Virus record (IMG/VR): IMGVR_UViG_3300025634_000001
Location: 32,001 to 96,000 of that record
Length of the DNA stretch: 64,000 nt
Source: a virus
Reading direction: 5' to 3' (one strand)
Position numbers and translations under genes: made by a program. Positions 27,541 through 37,449 of this stretch are shown in pieces. The notes below the pieces were generated by a model. The model was not told where the DNA came from. It did no database searches and saw only the letters and a list, made by a program, of their open reading frames with translations. Each line of letters begins with the position of its first letter. Within the stretch, counting starts at the first letter, position 1.

Positions 27541-28059
27541 ATGCCGATCGCCTCGGTGATGGGGTACGTGAAGGGGCTCCTCGACGGCCTCCCGATGCCC
27601 GGCTACGCGCCGCCCATGTCAGCGCAGATCAACGCGCAGGACCCCAACACCGAAACCGACATCCCCACCGCGTACATCTGGCCGACGCGAGGCCATGAGT
27701 CCCGCGACGACCAGAACTACGCCGGCACGATGTCCCGCAACACCGGACCGGGAACCTCCAGCGGCGAAAAGACCATCCTGCACTCCGTTGACATCTACAT
27801 CGTGTGGATGGAAGCAGGCGACGACGAAGACGCCGACTCGATGTTCCCCGGCATCGTAGACGCCGCCATGTCGGCCCTGCGGACCGCGTACCCGATGCCC
27901 GCGCTCGCGACCGACCCCTACACCGGGGCCGAGACGCTGATCTCGAACATCGGCGAAGTCCAGGACTACCAGATCGTCGTCAGCGCGCTCGAGGACCAGG
28001 CCTACAACCGCTGCGACTCCCTGATCACCCTGCCGGTCATCGAGGTCATCCAAGCCTGA
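27541..28059 (+). CDS. Neck/tail terminator-like protein
   Basis: Position before tail tube; PTAYIWP; size. Confidence 0.55.
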   Translation: MPIASVMGYVKGLLDGLPMPGYAPPMSAQINAQDPNTETDIPTAYIWPTRGHESRDDQNYAGTMSRNTGPGTSSGEKTILHSVDIYIVWMEAGDDEDADSMFPGIVDAAMSALRTAYPMPALATDPYTGAETLISNIGEVQDYQIVVSALEDQAYNRCDSLITLPVIEVIQA

Positions 28060-28112
28060 CCGCCCCGCCCGACACCTCCCCTTTCTTCCTCGCTGCGCTC
28101 TCTGGAGGCCCC

Positions 28113-28331
28113 ATGCCGCCCGCCTACTGGACGATGACCGATTCCGGGGTTCGCTACTACCCCGCCACCAGGGACGCCTACGGCGTGCCCCTGGGCGACG
28201 TGAAGCCCGGCGACGTCATTGAACGCGACGAGGCCCCCGACCAGTACTGGGCGCCCTACGACGGCGAGCCGCCCCGCACCGACACCCCCGAGACCGACAC
28301 GGCCGGCGAGACCGGCAGCGAGGAGAACTAG
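28113..28331 (+). CDS. Small acidic hypothetical protein
   Basis: GGAGG RBS; VKPGDVIE motif typical of the small gene before the tail tube. Confidence 0.6.
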   Translation: MPPAYWTMTDSGVRYYPATRDAYGVPLGDVKPGDVIERDEAPDQYWAPYDGEPPRTDTPETDTAGETGSEEN

Positions 28332-28333
28332 AC

Positions 28334-29605
28334 ATGGTTGCTCCCAACCCGCCGACCGCCGTATACCCCGTCTGCACGCAGCTGCTGCAGATCGGACTGG
28401 AGCAGGGCGGCTTCGGCGTCACCCCGGCTCAGGCCGCGTTCGCGTCGGTGCCCATCGCCAGCTTCATGCCGGACAACAAGATCATGCCCTGGATCGAGGA
28501 TTCGTCCATGTGGGGCGACTTCGTGAAGACCCATGATCTTCAGGAAGGTCCGCGCTGGGCCGAGTCTGAGATCAAGGAGTCCCCTCTCTACGGGGATACG
28601 TTCGGTCACTTTCTGTATAACCTGATGGGTGACCTGGTAGAGACCGGGACCGCGAGCACCCCGACGTGGATGACCTCCGGCGCGCTGTCGGCGGGCGCGG
28701 GCCCGATCCCGGTCACCTCCGGGTCCACCGCCGTCGCCGGGACCTTCGTCCAGGTCGACACGGGCGTCAACGCCGAGGTCGTGAAGGTCGGCACGGGCTC
28801 CTCGGCAACGAGCATCGTGCTGGACGCCACGACGCCGCTCCGGTTCTCCCACCTGACCACCATCGCGGTCGTCACGGTCATCGCACCGTACAGTCACGTG
28901 CTTTCCCTGCTCAATCCCTACGGCAGCACCGGGAACGTCACCGGCCAGGGCCCGACCCACTCCCTCATCCACCGCACGGGCATCCCCGGCTCGGGCAACA
29001 ACTACTCGTGGCAGTTCGCGTACGGCTGCATGAGCGAGATCATGATCTCCGGCAAGGCGACCGGCGCTCTGACGTGGAGCGGGAAGGTCACCACGTACAT
29101 CAAGACCTATCCGAGCTTCGTTCCCACTCCCAGCTTCTCGTCCGTGCGGATGATCCCCGCATGGAACAGCACGACCACGGTAGCCAGCGCGGCCGTGAAC
29201 GACATCACCGAGTGGTCCGTCACGCTGACCAGGGACCTCGACGTGATCCCGACCGCGGACGGATTCCAGCAGCCGTACCTGATCGGCCGCGGCAACCTGT
29301 CCGCCCCGTTCAAGCTCAAGTACTCGCCGGCGCTGGACGAATCGCCCTTGACGGCGATGCTGTCCAACACCCAGCCGACACTGGCGTGGTCGATCTCCAA
29401 CGGGCTCAGCGGGTCAAGCCTCGTGTCCTTCGCGCTCGCCGCGAACCAGGCCGCCTACAAGCAGACGCCGCTGGACAGCGGAAAAACTTTCTGGGGCTGG
29501 GACGTGGACGGCGAGTTCATCGCAAACACGACAAACGCGGGCAATTCGGGCGGTCGCTCTCCGCTTAGCATTACACTACAGAATGCTGTCCCGACCTACG
29601 CCTGA
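28334..29605 (+). CDS. Major tail (tube) protein with inserted beta-domain
   Basis: GAGGAG RBS; IGLEQ.GFG, YGCM.E, WSVTLTR, SITLQNAVPTY; precedes chaperones and TMP. Confidence 0.8.
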   Translation: MVAPNPPTAVYPVCTQLLQIGLEQGGFGVTPAQAAFASVPIASFMPDNKIMPWIEDSSMWGDFVKTHDLQEGPRWAESEIKESPLYGDTFGHFLYNLMGDLVETGTASTPTWMTSGALSAGAGPIPVTSGSTAVAGTFVQVDTGVNAEVVKVGTGSSATSIVLDATTPLRFSHLTTIAVVTVIAPYSHVLSLLNPYGSTGNVTGQGPTHSLIHRTGIPGSGNNYSWQFAYGCMSEIMISGKATGALTWSGKVTTYIKTYPSFVPTPSFSSVRMIPAWNSTTTVASAAVNDITEWSVTLTRDLDVIPTADGFQQPYLIGRGNLSAPFKLKYSPALDESPLTAMLSNTQPTLAWSISNGLSGSSLVSFALAANQAAYKQTPLDSGKTFWGWDVDGEFIANTTNAGNSGGRSPLSITLQNAVPTYA

Positions 29606-29607
29606 CC

Positions 29608-30852
29608 TCAGAACAGCGACTCCGTCTCCACCTGCTCCCGGCCCTGCGCTGAGTGCTGCCGGGCTGCGAGCAGGCTAGCGAGCCGATCCACCTCGGCGGC
29701 GAGGCCTCCTATCGTCGCGTCACGGTCAGCTAGATCGCGGGTGAGCGCGGCTATCTTCCGCTGGTTCTCGTTCTGCTCGCGCTTGGTCGCCCATCGGCAG
29801 TTGGGTGGCCAGCCGTTCCGCTCGCACTCCTCGCAGCGACCGCAGAGGTAGCCCTTGTCATTGTCCCGCCGGTCGACACTGTGGGACCGGCTAGGCCGCG
29901 GACCCAAGTCCGCAGCGAAGGCCAGCAGCCCGTCCGGGATGCCGCGATACCCCTGGCAGACCGTGATCTCACGGGGGTCGCCGCCGTACTTCGGCCATGC
30001 AGCGTTGTTCGGGTCGGTGCACCGGCCGATGATCCCGCGCCAGATGCCGTAGAGCGGGTGCCTGCTGAGGCCGTGGGTGAACTTCCCCTTCCCGCATCCG
30101 CACGACCTGACCTTGCCGTCCCTGACCATCCCGGCCATCTTCGTCGTCACTCTGCCGCACTCGCAGCGGACCGTGACGAGGTCGCAGTACAGGTAGCCGG
30201 CTTCCAGAACCTCCAGTTTCCCGAAGCTGTCGCCCGGATTCACGATGGCGGTCTTCCGGTTCTCGCGCGGTCCGCTAAGGCATGAGCAAGAACGGCTGGT
30301 GCCTATCTGGAGCGACTTGGCGCGGACGCGCCTAACCCTCCCGCAGTCACATCGGCAGAGAACGCTGCCGTCGCCTCCCTTGTAATCCTCTAGCGTCATC
30401 CACAGTCCGAAGAACTCGCCGGCACTGATGACGATCGGGTGATACTTCGGGCCGATCGGGCCGAGTTCGCCGGTGGTCTTGAGCCTGACTGCGTGCATGT
30501 TGCACAAGCCGCCGGTACGGCTGGGCACCGGGCAGCCATCGGGGTGACTGCACGTGCCGCCCTTGGGCTGCACACCCCGCGCCCGCCGCGCTCTGGTCGC
30601 TCGCTCACGCAGGCACGCGTTGGTTTTCTTGCAGAGCCCCGTGGTGTTGTCGCGCCGCAGGGGGCTACCGCAGACCTGGCAGTGACCTGTCGCCGGCCCG
30701 AACCTGCGGTCAAGTGCGTCGCGGGCGCGGGCCGCCTTGCATGCGGGACTATTCCGGCTGTCGCAGATGCCCGACTTATTGTCATGGCGCAGATGTTTGC
30801 CGCAGACCTTGCAGCTCCGGGGTGCCGGAAGGAGCTCGGGGACGGCCATCAC
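29608..30852 (-). CDS. Free-standing HNH-like homing endonuclease with multiple zinc fingers
   Basis: HGLSRHPLYGIW..RC..YGG..ITVC..F.ADLGPRP..SVDRRDNDKGY..NCRWAT..Q..N; CRCDCG/SCGC repeats. Confidence 0.85.
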   Translation of the reverse strand: MMAVPELLPAPRSCKVCGKHLRHDNKSGICDSRNSPACKAARARDALDRRFGPATGHCQVCGSPLRRDNTTGLCKKTNACLRERATRARRARGVQPKGGTCSHPDGCPVPSRTGGLCNMHAVRLKTTGELGPIGPKYHPIVISAGEFFGLWMTLEDYKGGDGSVLCRCDCGRVRRVRAKSLQIGTSRSCSCLSGPRENRKTAIVNPGDSFGKLEVLEAGYLYCDLVTVRCECGRVTTKMAGMVRDGKVRSCGCGKGKFTHGLSRHPLYGIWRGIIGRCTDPNNAAWPKYGGDPREITVCQGYRGIPDGLLAFAADLGPRPSRSHSVDRRDNDKGYLCGRCEECERNGWPPNCRWATKREQNENQRKIAALTRDLADRDATIGGLAAEVDRLASLLAARQHSAQGREQVETESLF

Positions 30853-31193
30853 GCCTCTCCGTCCTCAAGGTCGAGCATCGCCTGCAGGATGACTGCCTCG
30901 GCCTGCAGTTCCGCGCACTCGGCGAGCAGTTCTTCCGTCTGGGCTTTTATGGCGGCGGTCCGCCCCTCATCGACTTCGCCCGTGAGCACCATCTCCCGGT
31001 AGTCGTCCTCGGCCTCGTCAAGGATGAGCTGGGAGTAGCCGACGTCCAGGCCGATGTGGCAGGACTCCTCCAGGAGATCCATTGCGGACAGCACACGGGC
31101 CCGAGCCTGCTGGACTGAAACGGGCGCCTTCATGATCCGGCCGGACGGATGGCCGGCGGGGTAGCTCTCGCCGAGGTCTGTACGATTAGTCAT
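30849..31193 (-). CDS. Helical acidic protein co-transcribed with the HNH
   Basis: GAGGAAGG RBS; stop overlaps HNH start. Confidence 0.6.
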   Translation of the reverse strand: MTNRTDLGESYPAGHPSGRIMKAPVSVQQARARVLSAMDLLEESCHIGLDVGYSQLILDEAEDDYREMVLTGEVDEGRTAAIKAQTEELLAECAELQAEAVILQAMLDLEDGEA

Positions 31194-31199
31194 AGCTGG

Positions 31200-31290
31200 G
31201 CCTTCCTCTGCTAAGGGTTGAGGTCGAGCACGCGAGGCGATGGGGTGCAATCCTGTCGCCTCGCTTTTTAATGCCTTCACATTCTACCGC
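31200..31290 (-). promoter_or_regulatory. Promoter/leader of HNH cassette
   Basis: GCGG-TAGAAT, A-run, GCGAGGCGA/TCGCCTCGC hairpin, CCCTTAGCAG before RBS. Confidence 0.6.
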
Positions 31291-31338
31291 AATTCCCTCC
31301 CTTAAATGGCATCGAAACGAACACGGAAGCGAGCATCA

Positions 31339-31740
31339 ATGACCCGTCACAATGTCCCCGGCGACGGCGGCTGGTTCGAGCTGCGGGACATCAGGGAACT
31401 CAACGAGGACCACCAGATTGAGTACCTGGACCTCGCGGACAAGCTGCGCCAGGACAAGCGCGACGCCACTGCGGCGCGGCCCCCGGAGAACCCCGCCGTG
31501 ATGCCGGTCCCGGGGGACGAGGCCCCGGTCAGGCTGACCCGCGCGGAACTCGCCCCGGTCCGCGAGCTGGTAGAGGGCTGGGTAGTCGCCGATTCCTCGT
31601 TCGGGATACCGCTGCCGCACCCGCTGCCCCTCGTTGCCGGCAACGTCTTCCGCGAGGCCATTGATTTCTACTACGGGGCCCTGAACGGCGAAACCCCAAA
31701 AGAGAATCCGGGTTCGGACTCCACCTCTACCAGTACCTGA
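31339..31740 (+). CDS. Tail assembly chaperone (gpG-like)
   Basis: Between tube and TMP; slippery C CCA AAA at 31695-31701. Confidence 0.75.
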   Translation: MTRHNVPGDGGWFELRDIRELNEDHQIEYLDLADKLRQDKRDATAARPPENPAVMPVPGDEAPVRLTRAELAPVRELVEGWVVADSSFGIPLPHPLPLVAGNVFREAIDFYYGALNGETPKENPGSDSTSTST

Positions 31741-31922
31741 ACGGTGACTGCCACTGCTGTCCCCGCCCCGTAGGCGCCGGGACTATCCGTCATTGCGTGT
31801 GGATCATCCGGGGCCGGCTGCATCCGCAGACACCCAGGGACATCCCGCTGCTGGTCGGCAACTACCTGGGGCCGGTCGCTGAGGTGCTGGACGGCATCGA
31901 TGAGGCCCGGCGCCGGAAGTGA
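31695..31922 (+). other. Programmed -1 frameshift site and gpGT-like extension
   Basis: C CCA AAA heptamer; the -1 frame is open (RESGFGLHLYQYL...DEARRRK*) to TGA 31920-31922, just before the next gene. Confidence 0.75.
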
Positions 31923-31928
31923 GGTCCC

Positions 31929-32345
31929 GTGAATTTCTCCGAGGCCGCGGCGAGATTCAAGGCCGCCACTGACCGGGCTGAAGCGTCGATGGCCCGTGAC
32001 TGCGCGGCGGCGGGGGCGCGGGCGTTCCTGCCGATCGAGCGGTCCATGACGCCGGTCCTGTCCGGGCGCCTGCGGGAGTCCGAGGCGGTCAAGGCGGTGA
32101 CGGGCGGCGGGACGTACGCGGAGGCGGTCGTGTCCCCGAACATCATCTACGCGCGGTTCCGGAACTTCGGCGGGACGATCACGGCGAAGCGTTTCCCGCA
32201 GCTCGGCAACCCGACGGTGGGGTTCTTCGGCAAGTCCGTGACGCAGGCCGGGAGTCACTACGTGGAGCGGGCGGATGCGGCTGCACGGGGTCCCGTGCAG
32301 GTCGCTATCCAGATGCGGGCCGACACGTTCTTCGAGGGCCTGTAA
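31929..32345 (+). CDS. HK97 gp10-like tail completion protein
   Basis: TPVLSGRLRES...YARF.NFGG motif. Confidence 0.75.
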   Translation: MNFSEAAARFKAATDRAEASMARDCAAAGARAFLPIERSMTPVLSGRLRESEAVKAVTGGGTYAEAVVSPNIIYARFRNFGGTITAKRFPQLGNPTVGFFGKSVTQAGSHYVERADAAARGPVQVAIQMRADTFFEGL

Positions 32346-32507
32346 TCCCTCGCGTCCTTGCGTTGCCTGCTGGTCTAGCCATGCCTTCACGGCGTCTGAG
32401 ATGACGCGGCGGACGGGCTGGCCGGTGGCGCGGGCGTAGTCCTCAAGCCGCTGCCGCTCAGCCCCTAGGCGCAGGCTGAGCGGCTTCTCCCTGTGGCGGT
32501 CGGTCAT
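32342..32507 (-). CDS. Ribbon-helix-helix protein (no nearby stop; frame stays open to 31671)
   Basis: MTDRHREKPLSLRL..LEDYA..TGQPVRRVISDAVKAWL; ATGA coupling; 3' end uncertain. Confidence 0.6.
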
Positions 32508-32704
32508 CGGGTGGTCTCGGCCTGCGCGGCGCGGTAAGCGGTGCCTGCGGCGTCCTGGACATCGCCGTAGCGAGCCCACGCCGCACGGCGTGCGTCCTTG
32601 TCGGTTCCGGCAGCGGCCAACTCGGCCCCCAGTACCTCGCCAGCCGCGCTGACGGTCTTCTCGAATGCGGTGTCCCTGGCGTCTCTGGCGGTGTCGGCGG
32701 TCAT
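32504..32704 (-). CDS. Small helical hypothetical protein
   Basis: GAGGGAG RBS; downstream of promoter. Confidence 0.65.
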   Translation of the reverse strand: MTADTARDARDTAFEKTVSAAGEVLGAELAAAGTDKDARRAAWARYGDVQDAAGTAYRAAQAETTR

Positions 32705-32721
32705 TTCGTGCTCCCTCTCTA

Positions 32722-32763
32722 GGTGGTAGCTCCACTCTAGGGCATGTGGCGCTACCACGTCAA
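32722..32763 (-). promoter_or_regulatory. Promoter with operator-like inverted repeats
   Basis: TTGACG-18 nt-TAGAGT; GTGGTAGC/GCTACCAC inverted repeat. Confidence 0.65.
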
Positions 32764-32800
32764 GGCTCTCACTGACTTCTGACCTGCCGGGGGTGATCCG

Positions 32801-35800
32801 GTGGGCGACATCAACGAGACGATTTCCGTCAACGCGGGGCCCGGTATCGCAGGGCTCAAGGAGTTCACGGACGCGCTCGATCAGGCGTCGGCGAAGTGGG
32901 CGGCGTTCGAGGACAAGCTCAACGGCGGCGGCGGTGGCGCCGGCCCGGCGAAGCTCGCCGCGAGCATGGACGCCGCTGCGGCTTCGATCTCCGAGGCTGC
33001 GGCGAAGATCAACGCGGCGGTGGATAAGGTCGGCGCGTCCGCTGATACGGCGGCCGGGGGGATCGAGCGGCTCGGCTCGGCTGCGGGGACCGCTGGCGGC
33101 GGCCTGGATGAGGCCGCTGCGGGGGCTGATGCTGCCGCTGCGGCGTCGGATCGCCTCGCGGAGGCCGCGGATGCGGCGGGGGCGTCCCTGGACGTTCAGG
33201 CGGCTTCAGCGGCCCGGGCGGGGAAGTCCGGTGCTGAGGCGGCTGCGTCGTCGGAGGGGTTCGGGAAGGTCGCGAAGGTCGCCCTCCTCGGCCTCGGTGT
33301 CGCGGCTGCGTACGGCCTTGACAAGGCGATGAAGTTCCAGTCGCAGATGCTGCTGCTGAACACCCAGGCGGGCGTGTCCCTGCCGAAGGTGAAGCAGATG
33401 TCCCAGGGCGTCCTGGAGATCTCCACCCAGACCGGCCAGTCCCTCTCCGACGTGTCCGAGTCCGCCTACCATGTCGCGTCGAACATGGCGTCGATGGGGT
33501 CGACGGTCCCGAACATGCTGAAGGCGACGAAGATCGCCGCTGAGGGCGCCTCTGTCGGCCACGCCCACATGGTCGATGTCACCAACGCGCTGACCGCCTC
33601 CATCGCATCCGGGATCCCGGGGGTCAAGAACTACTCCCAGGCGATGGGCATGCTCAACGCCACGGTGGGTTCCGGCGACATGAACATGCAGGACCTGTCG
33701 GAGGCGTTCGGGACCGGCATGGTCGCGTCGGTGAAGGGCTACGGCCTGTCGCTGAAGGACGTCGGCGCCGGGCTCGCGGTGTTCGGTGACAACAACATCC
33801 GGGGTGCCAAGGCGGGCACGGACATGCGGATGGCGGTCCAGTCCCTCGCCGTCCCCGCGGCCAGCGCGAAGAAGGAGCTCGCGGGGCTCGGGCTGACCCA
33901 GAACTCGCTGGCGAAAGACATGCAGTCCGGGGGGCTGCTGAAGGCCCTGGATGACCTGAACGGGAAGTTCAAAGAGCACGGGATCACCGCGAAGAACGAG
34001 GGCCAGGTCATCACTGACCTGTTCGGCAAGAAGGCCGGGGTGGGCCTGTCGCTGCTGATGGAGCAGATGGACCGGCTCAAGTCGAAGTACCCGGCGATCA
34101 CCGCGGGCGCGAACAGTTTCAATGCGGCGTGGGAGAAGACGCAGCAGTCCCCGGCGCAGAAGTGGAAGGAAGCCGTCGCCGGCTTGCAGGCGTCCGCGAC
34201 GGGGTTCGGTACTCAGCTGCTCCCCGCGTTCAGTTCCGCGCTGGGGTTCGCGGACAAGATCCTCGCCGACATCAACGGGACCAAAGGCGCCGCCCAGGGG
34301 CTCGCCGTCGCGTTCGGCGGAGCCGCTGCGCTGTTCACCGGCAAGAAGCTGGTCTCCGGGGTCGAGTCGGCGTTCAAGACCGGCGAGACGGTCTTGCGCG
34401 GGGTCGGGAAGATCTCCGAGGTGCTGAAGATCCCCGGCCTGGACAAGCTCAGCAATATCGGCAAGAGCGCCGGCCTGGATACGGCGGCGGAGTCCTTGAC
34501 TGGGGCCGCGGGGGATCTCAGCGCCGCGGCGGCGAAGCTGTCAGAGGGCGGCCTCGGGGGCGCTGCAGGTGCGGCAGGAAAAGCCGAAGGCGGCGCTGCG
34601 GCGACGGCGGAAGGCGCGGGCGCCGGCGGCCTGCTCGCGAAGATAGGCAGCAGGACCGGCATGGATGCCGGAGGCCTGGCCTCCGCCGCCAATCCGATCG
34701 CGGCGGGCGTCGCGGCGGGCCTGCTGCTGCGCGGCTACAGCGATTCGCTGGCACCGAAGGGCACCGGGGCCGGGGATATCAGCAAGGCCATCCAGAAGGG
34801 TAACCCGATCAGCCCGGACTGGGCTCTCGGCGGGATCATCGGCAAGCTCGGGACATCGAACTTCGGCCTTGACGCCGGCAAATTCCTCAGCCGGGGCCTG
34901 TCGCAGGCCAGCCAGATGGTCACGGACCCGTTCGACGCTGCCCGGCACGGCATCGCCGGCCTGTTCGGCGGCGGCGGCCCGGCGCAGATGCAGCGCACCG
35001 GGGGCGGGCGCGGGGACGCGGTGAACTTCGCCGCCGTCAAGCCCCCGGACACCGGGGCGTTCACCTCGGCTGGACACGCCATCGAGAGCGCCTTCGACGG
35101 CGCGAAGGCGCGCGCCGGGTCGGCACTGTCGGGGATCGCGTCGGAGGTCGGCAGCGCGGGGTCGAAAGCCGCGTCAGAGGCGTCTTCCGCGTTCCACGGC
35201 GTCGAGTCGGCGGTGGCGTCGGGGATGTCGTCGGCTGCGGCGGCGGCCGGGTCCGGCGCGGGCAGGATCGAGTCGGCGCTAGCACGGCTGCCGGGCGAGC
35301 TCACGTCGGTCGGCAGTGCGGCGATGGCCGGGCTGGCTCACGGGATCGAGTCGGGGATCGGCGCTGTCATCGGCGCGGCCGAGCATGCCGCGGGCGCTGT
35401 CGAGGGCGCGATGAAAAACGTGCTGAAGATCTTCTCCCCGTCCAAGGTCACGGAGAAGATCGGCAAGTCCGCAGTCGACGGCCTCGTCGTGGGCCTGGAA
35501 GGCGGCCAGGCCGCCGTCACCGCGGCGGCGCAGGCGCTCGGCCAGCAGACCGCGAAGGCCGCCGACGTGACCGCCATCGACACCGCGATCACCAAGGGGA
35601 TCGCCGACGCGGGCAAGGACTCGGCGCTGGTGAAGTACCTCAAGGCGGACCAGTCGAAGCTGCTGGCCCTGGCGGCGCAGCGGACGAAGCTCGAGGCGGA
35701 GATCACCGACGCCCAGCAGATAGCCCAGGCCGCGATCAGCGGGGCGTCCATCATGAACGCGTCGGCCGCCACCCCCTACGATCCGTCGACGGTGCAGTCC

Positions 35801-36544
35801 CCGTACACGCTCGTGCAGGGGCAGCAGATGCAGGCGCAGCAGGCCGCCATGTTCGCCAAGGCCGTCGGGCAGGACAAGAAGCTCGGCCTCAACGCCACGT
35901 CGCTGAACCAGATCGTGCAGTCGGGGGCCTCGGCGGGCCTGCCGGTGGCGCAGGGGATCGCGCAGGGCGGCAAGTCCACCGTCGCGCAGCTCAACGCGCT
36001 GCAGGCCCAGATCCACGCGTCCGCCGCGAAACTCGGCGACGAGGGCGCGGGGCCGATGTACCAGGCCGGCGTCCAGGCTGGCCAGGGGCTCGCGGAAGGC
36101 ATCAAGGCGTCACTCGGCTCGGTCGACGCGGCGATCTCGCAGATGGCCAAGTCGATGGTGGCGACGATCGAGAAGGATCTCAAGATCCACAGCCCGAGCC
36201 TGGTGTTCGCGGAGCGGGGCGCGATGGTGCCCGCGGGCGTGGCGATGGGCGTCGACGCGGGGGCCGGGCAGGCTGCCGCTGCGGTGGGCCGGATGGGCAG
36301 CCGGATGACGGGCGCCTACCACCCCGCCATGGCCTACGCGGGCGGGTTCGGCGGGGGCCACGGCGGCGGGAGCGGTTCCGGTTCAGGCTCGGGCGGCGGC
36401 GACACGCATGTCACCGTGAACATGACGGTCATGGGCAGTGTCTCGACGCAGAACGACCTGATCAACGCAGTACAGCGCGGACTTTTGAAAAAAGGTTCGA
36501 ACAACTGGCAAGTTGGCGTTATCAGGCCAGGTCGGGGCGGGTGA
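32801..36544 (+). CDS. Tape measure protein (TP901-type core)
   Basis: 1247 aa Ala/Gly-rich; GIRGAKAGT-like core, LFGK, twice LKIxSPS motif. Confidence 0.92.
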   Translation: MGDINETISVNAGPGIAGLKEFTDALDQASAKWAAFEDKLNGGGGGAGPAKLAASMDAAAASISEAAAKINAAVDKVGASADTAAGGIERLGSAAGTAGGGLDEAAAGADAAAAASDRLAEAADAAGASLDVQAASAARAGKSGAEAAASSEGFGKVAKVALLGLGVAAAYGLDKAMKFQSQMLLLNTQAGVSLPKVKQMSQGVLEISTQTGQSLSDVSESAYHVASNMASMGSTVPNMLKATKIAAEGASVGHAHMVDVTNALTASIASGIPGVKNYSQAMGMLNATVGSGDMNMQDLSEAFGTGMVASVKGYGLSLKDVGAGLAVFGDNNIRGAKAGTDMRMAVQSLAVPAASAKKELAGLGLTQNSLAKDMQSGGLLKALDDLNGKFKEHGITAKNEGQVITDLFGKKAGVGLSLLMEQMDRLKSKYPAITAGANSFNAAWEKTQQSPAQKWKEAVAGLQASATGFGTQLLPAFSSALGFADKILADINGTKGAAQGLAVAFGGAAALFTGKKLVSGVESAFKTGETVLRGVGKISEVLKIPGLDKLSNIGKSAGLDTAAESLTGAAGDLSAAAAKLSEGGLGGAAGAAGKAEGGAAATAEGAGAGGLLAKIGSRTGMDAGGLASAANPIAAGVAAGLLLRGYSDSLAPKGTGAGDISKAIQKGNPISPDWALGGIIGKLGTSNFGLDAGKFLSRGLSQASQMVTDPFDAARHGIAGLFGGGGPAQMQRTGGGRGDAVNFAAVKPPDTGAFTSAGHAIESAFDGAKARAGSALSGIASEVGSAGSKAASEASSAFHGVESAVASGMSSAAAAAGSGAGRIESALARLPGELTSVGSAAMAGLAHGIESGIGAVIGAAEHAAGAVEGAMKNVLKIFSPSKVTEKIGKSAVDGLVVGLEGGQAAVTAAAQALGQQTAKAADVTAIDTAITKGIADAGKDSALVKYLKADQSKLLALAAQRTKLEAEITDAQQIAQAAISGASIMNASAATPYDPSTVQSPYTLVQGQQMQAQQAAMFAKAVGQDKKLGLNATSLNQIVQSGASAGLPVAQGIAQGGKSTVAQLNALQAQIHASAAKLGDEGAGPMYQAGVQAGQGLAEGIKASLGSVDAAISQMAKSMVATIEKDLKIHSPSLVFAERGAMVPAGVAMGVDAGAGQAAAAVGRMGSRMTGAYHPAMAYAGGFGGGHGGGSGSGSGSGGGDTHVTVNMTVMGSVSTQNDLINAVQRGLLKKGSNNWQVGVIRPGRGG

Positions 36545-36560
36545 CCGGGCTTCCGTCCGG

Positions 36561-37328
36561 CTAGAACAGCACGCCCGCCAGCTCGCATTCGCGGGCGGCT
36601 TCACGCTCCCGCATTGCCGGCGACATTCTCGCGTGCATCCTGCATGCGGCGTTGCAGTAGAGCTTGCCCTGCCGCCTTGTCTCGAAGGTGCTTCCGCAGT
36701 CGGCGCAGACGTGCACCTGCTCGGCACCTATCTGCTCGGCGCGCACCCTCTCTAGCGCCTCCTGATAGGTGATGCCCTCGCGGCGCGCAAGACAGACCGC
36801 GTTCGCCCGGTCTAGGTGGCACGCTCGGCAATCGCGCCCCCGTCCGTTTTCGCGCACGATCGTGTTCTCGGGCGTGAACTCGTGGCCGTGAATGCAATGC
36901 GTCTGGCTCGACATCACCTGCAACATCGTGCCGTGGCGAATACCGTCCGCGACATTCTCTTTCCGCGTCCCGTAGAACAGGTTGCCGCCGGCCGCCCTGG
37001 CCTCGTCCTCGTCGCCGGGTGCCCAGCGGTTGTTCGCCGGGTTACCGTCGAGGTGACGGACCTCCTGGCCGGGCGGGCACGGGCCGATAAACGCCCTGGC
37101 CACAAGCTGGTGGATCCAGTAGCTGCGCCCGTTCTCTACCAGCCCGTACAGGCTGACCTCAACGTGTCCGCTCACCTTGTGGACCTGCGGCTTCAGGATG
37201 CAGCCGCGCACCTGCCGCCCTGAGGCGGTCGTGCGCGGAAGGCTCCGGACGCGACCGAGGTCTGAAATCTCATAGCTGCCCTCATAGTCATCTACGGGCA
37301 GCCAGTTCTCGGGCATAGCATCGTTCAC
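36561..37328 (-). CDS. NUMOD4-HNH homing endonuclease
   Basis: ENWLPVDDYEGSYEISDLGRVRS (NUMOD4); HQLVARAFIG..EVRHLDGNPANN..NL.YGT..EN; CIHGH..CRAC; GTG after AGGAGG. Confidence 0.92.
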   Translation of the reverse strand: MNDAMPENWLPVDDYEGSYEISDLGRVRSLPRTTASGRQVRGCILKPQVHKVSGHVEVSLYGLVENGRSYWIHQLVARAFIGPCPPGQEVRHLDGNPANNRWAPGDEDEARAAGGNLFYGTRKENVADGIRHGTMLQVMSSQTHCIHGHEFTPENTIVRENGRGRDCRACHLDRANAVCLARREGITYQEALERVRAEQIGAEQVHVCADCGSTFETRRQGKLYCNAACRMHARMSPAMREREAARECELAGVLF

Positions 37329-37334
37329 GTCGGA

Positions 37335-37420
37335 CCTCCTGCTAAGGGGTAAAGGTTCGGCCACGCCCCCGGACGATTCACAGTCGTCGCGGGGGTCTTT
37401 TCGTACAGCCATTCTACCGC
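37335..37420 (-). promoter_or_regulatory. Promoter/leader of NUMOD4-HNH
   Basis: GCGG-TAGAAT, A-run, CCCCC..GGGGG hairpin, CCCTTAGCAGGAGG. Confidence 0.6.
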
Positions 37421-37449
37421 CAACACAGTCTTGCGAACGGAGTTTGGCT

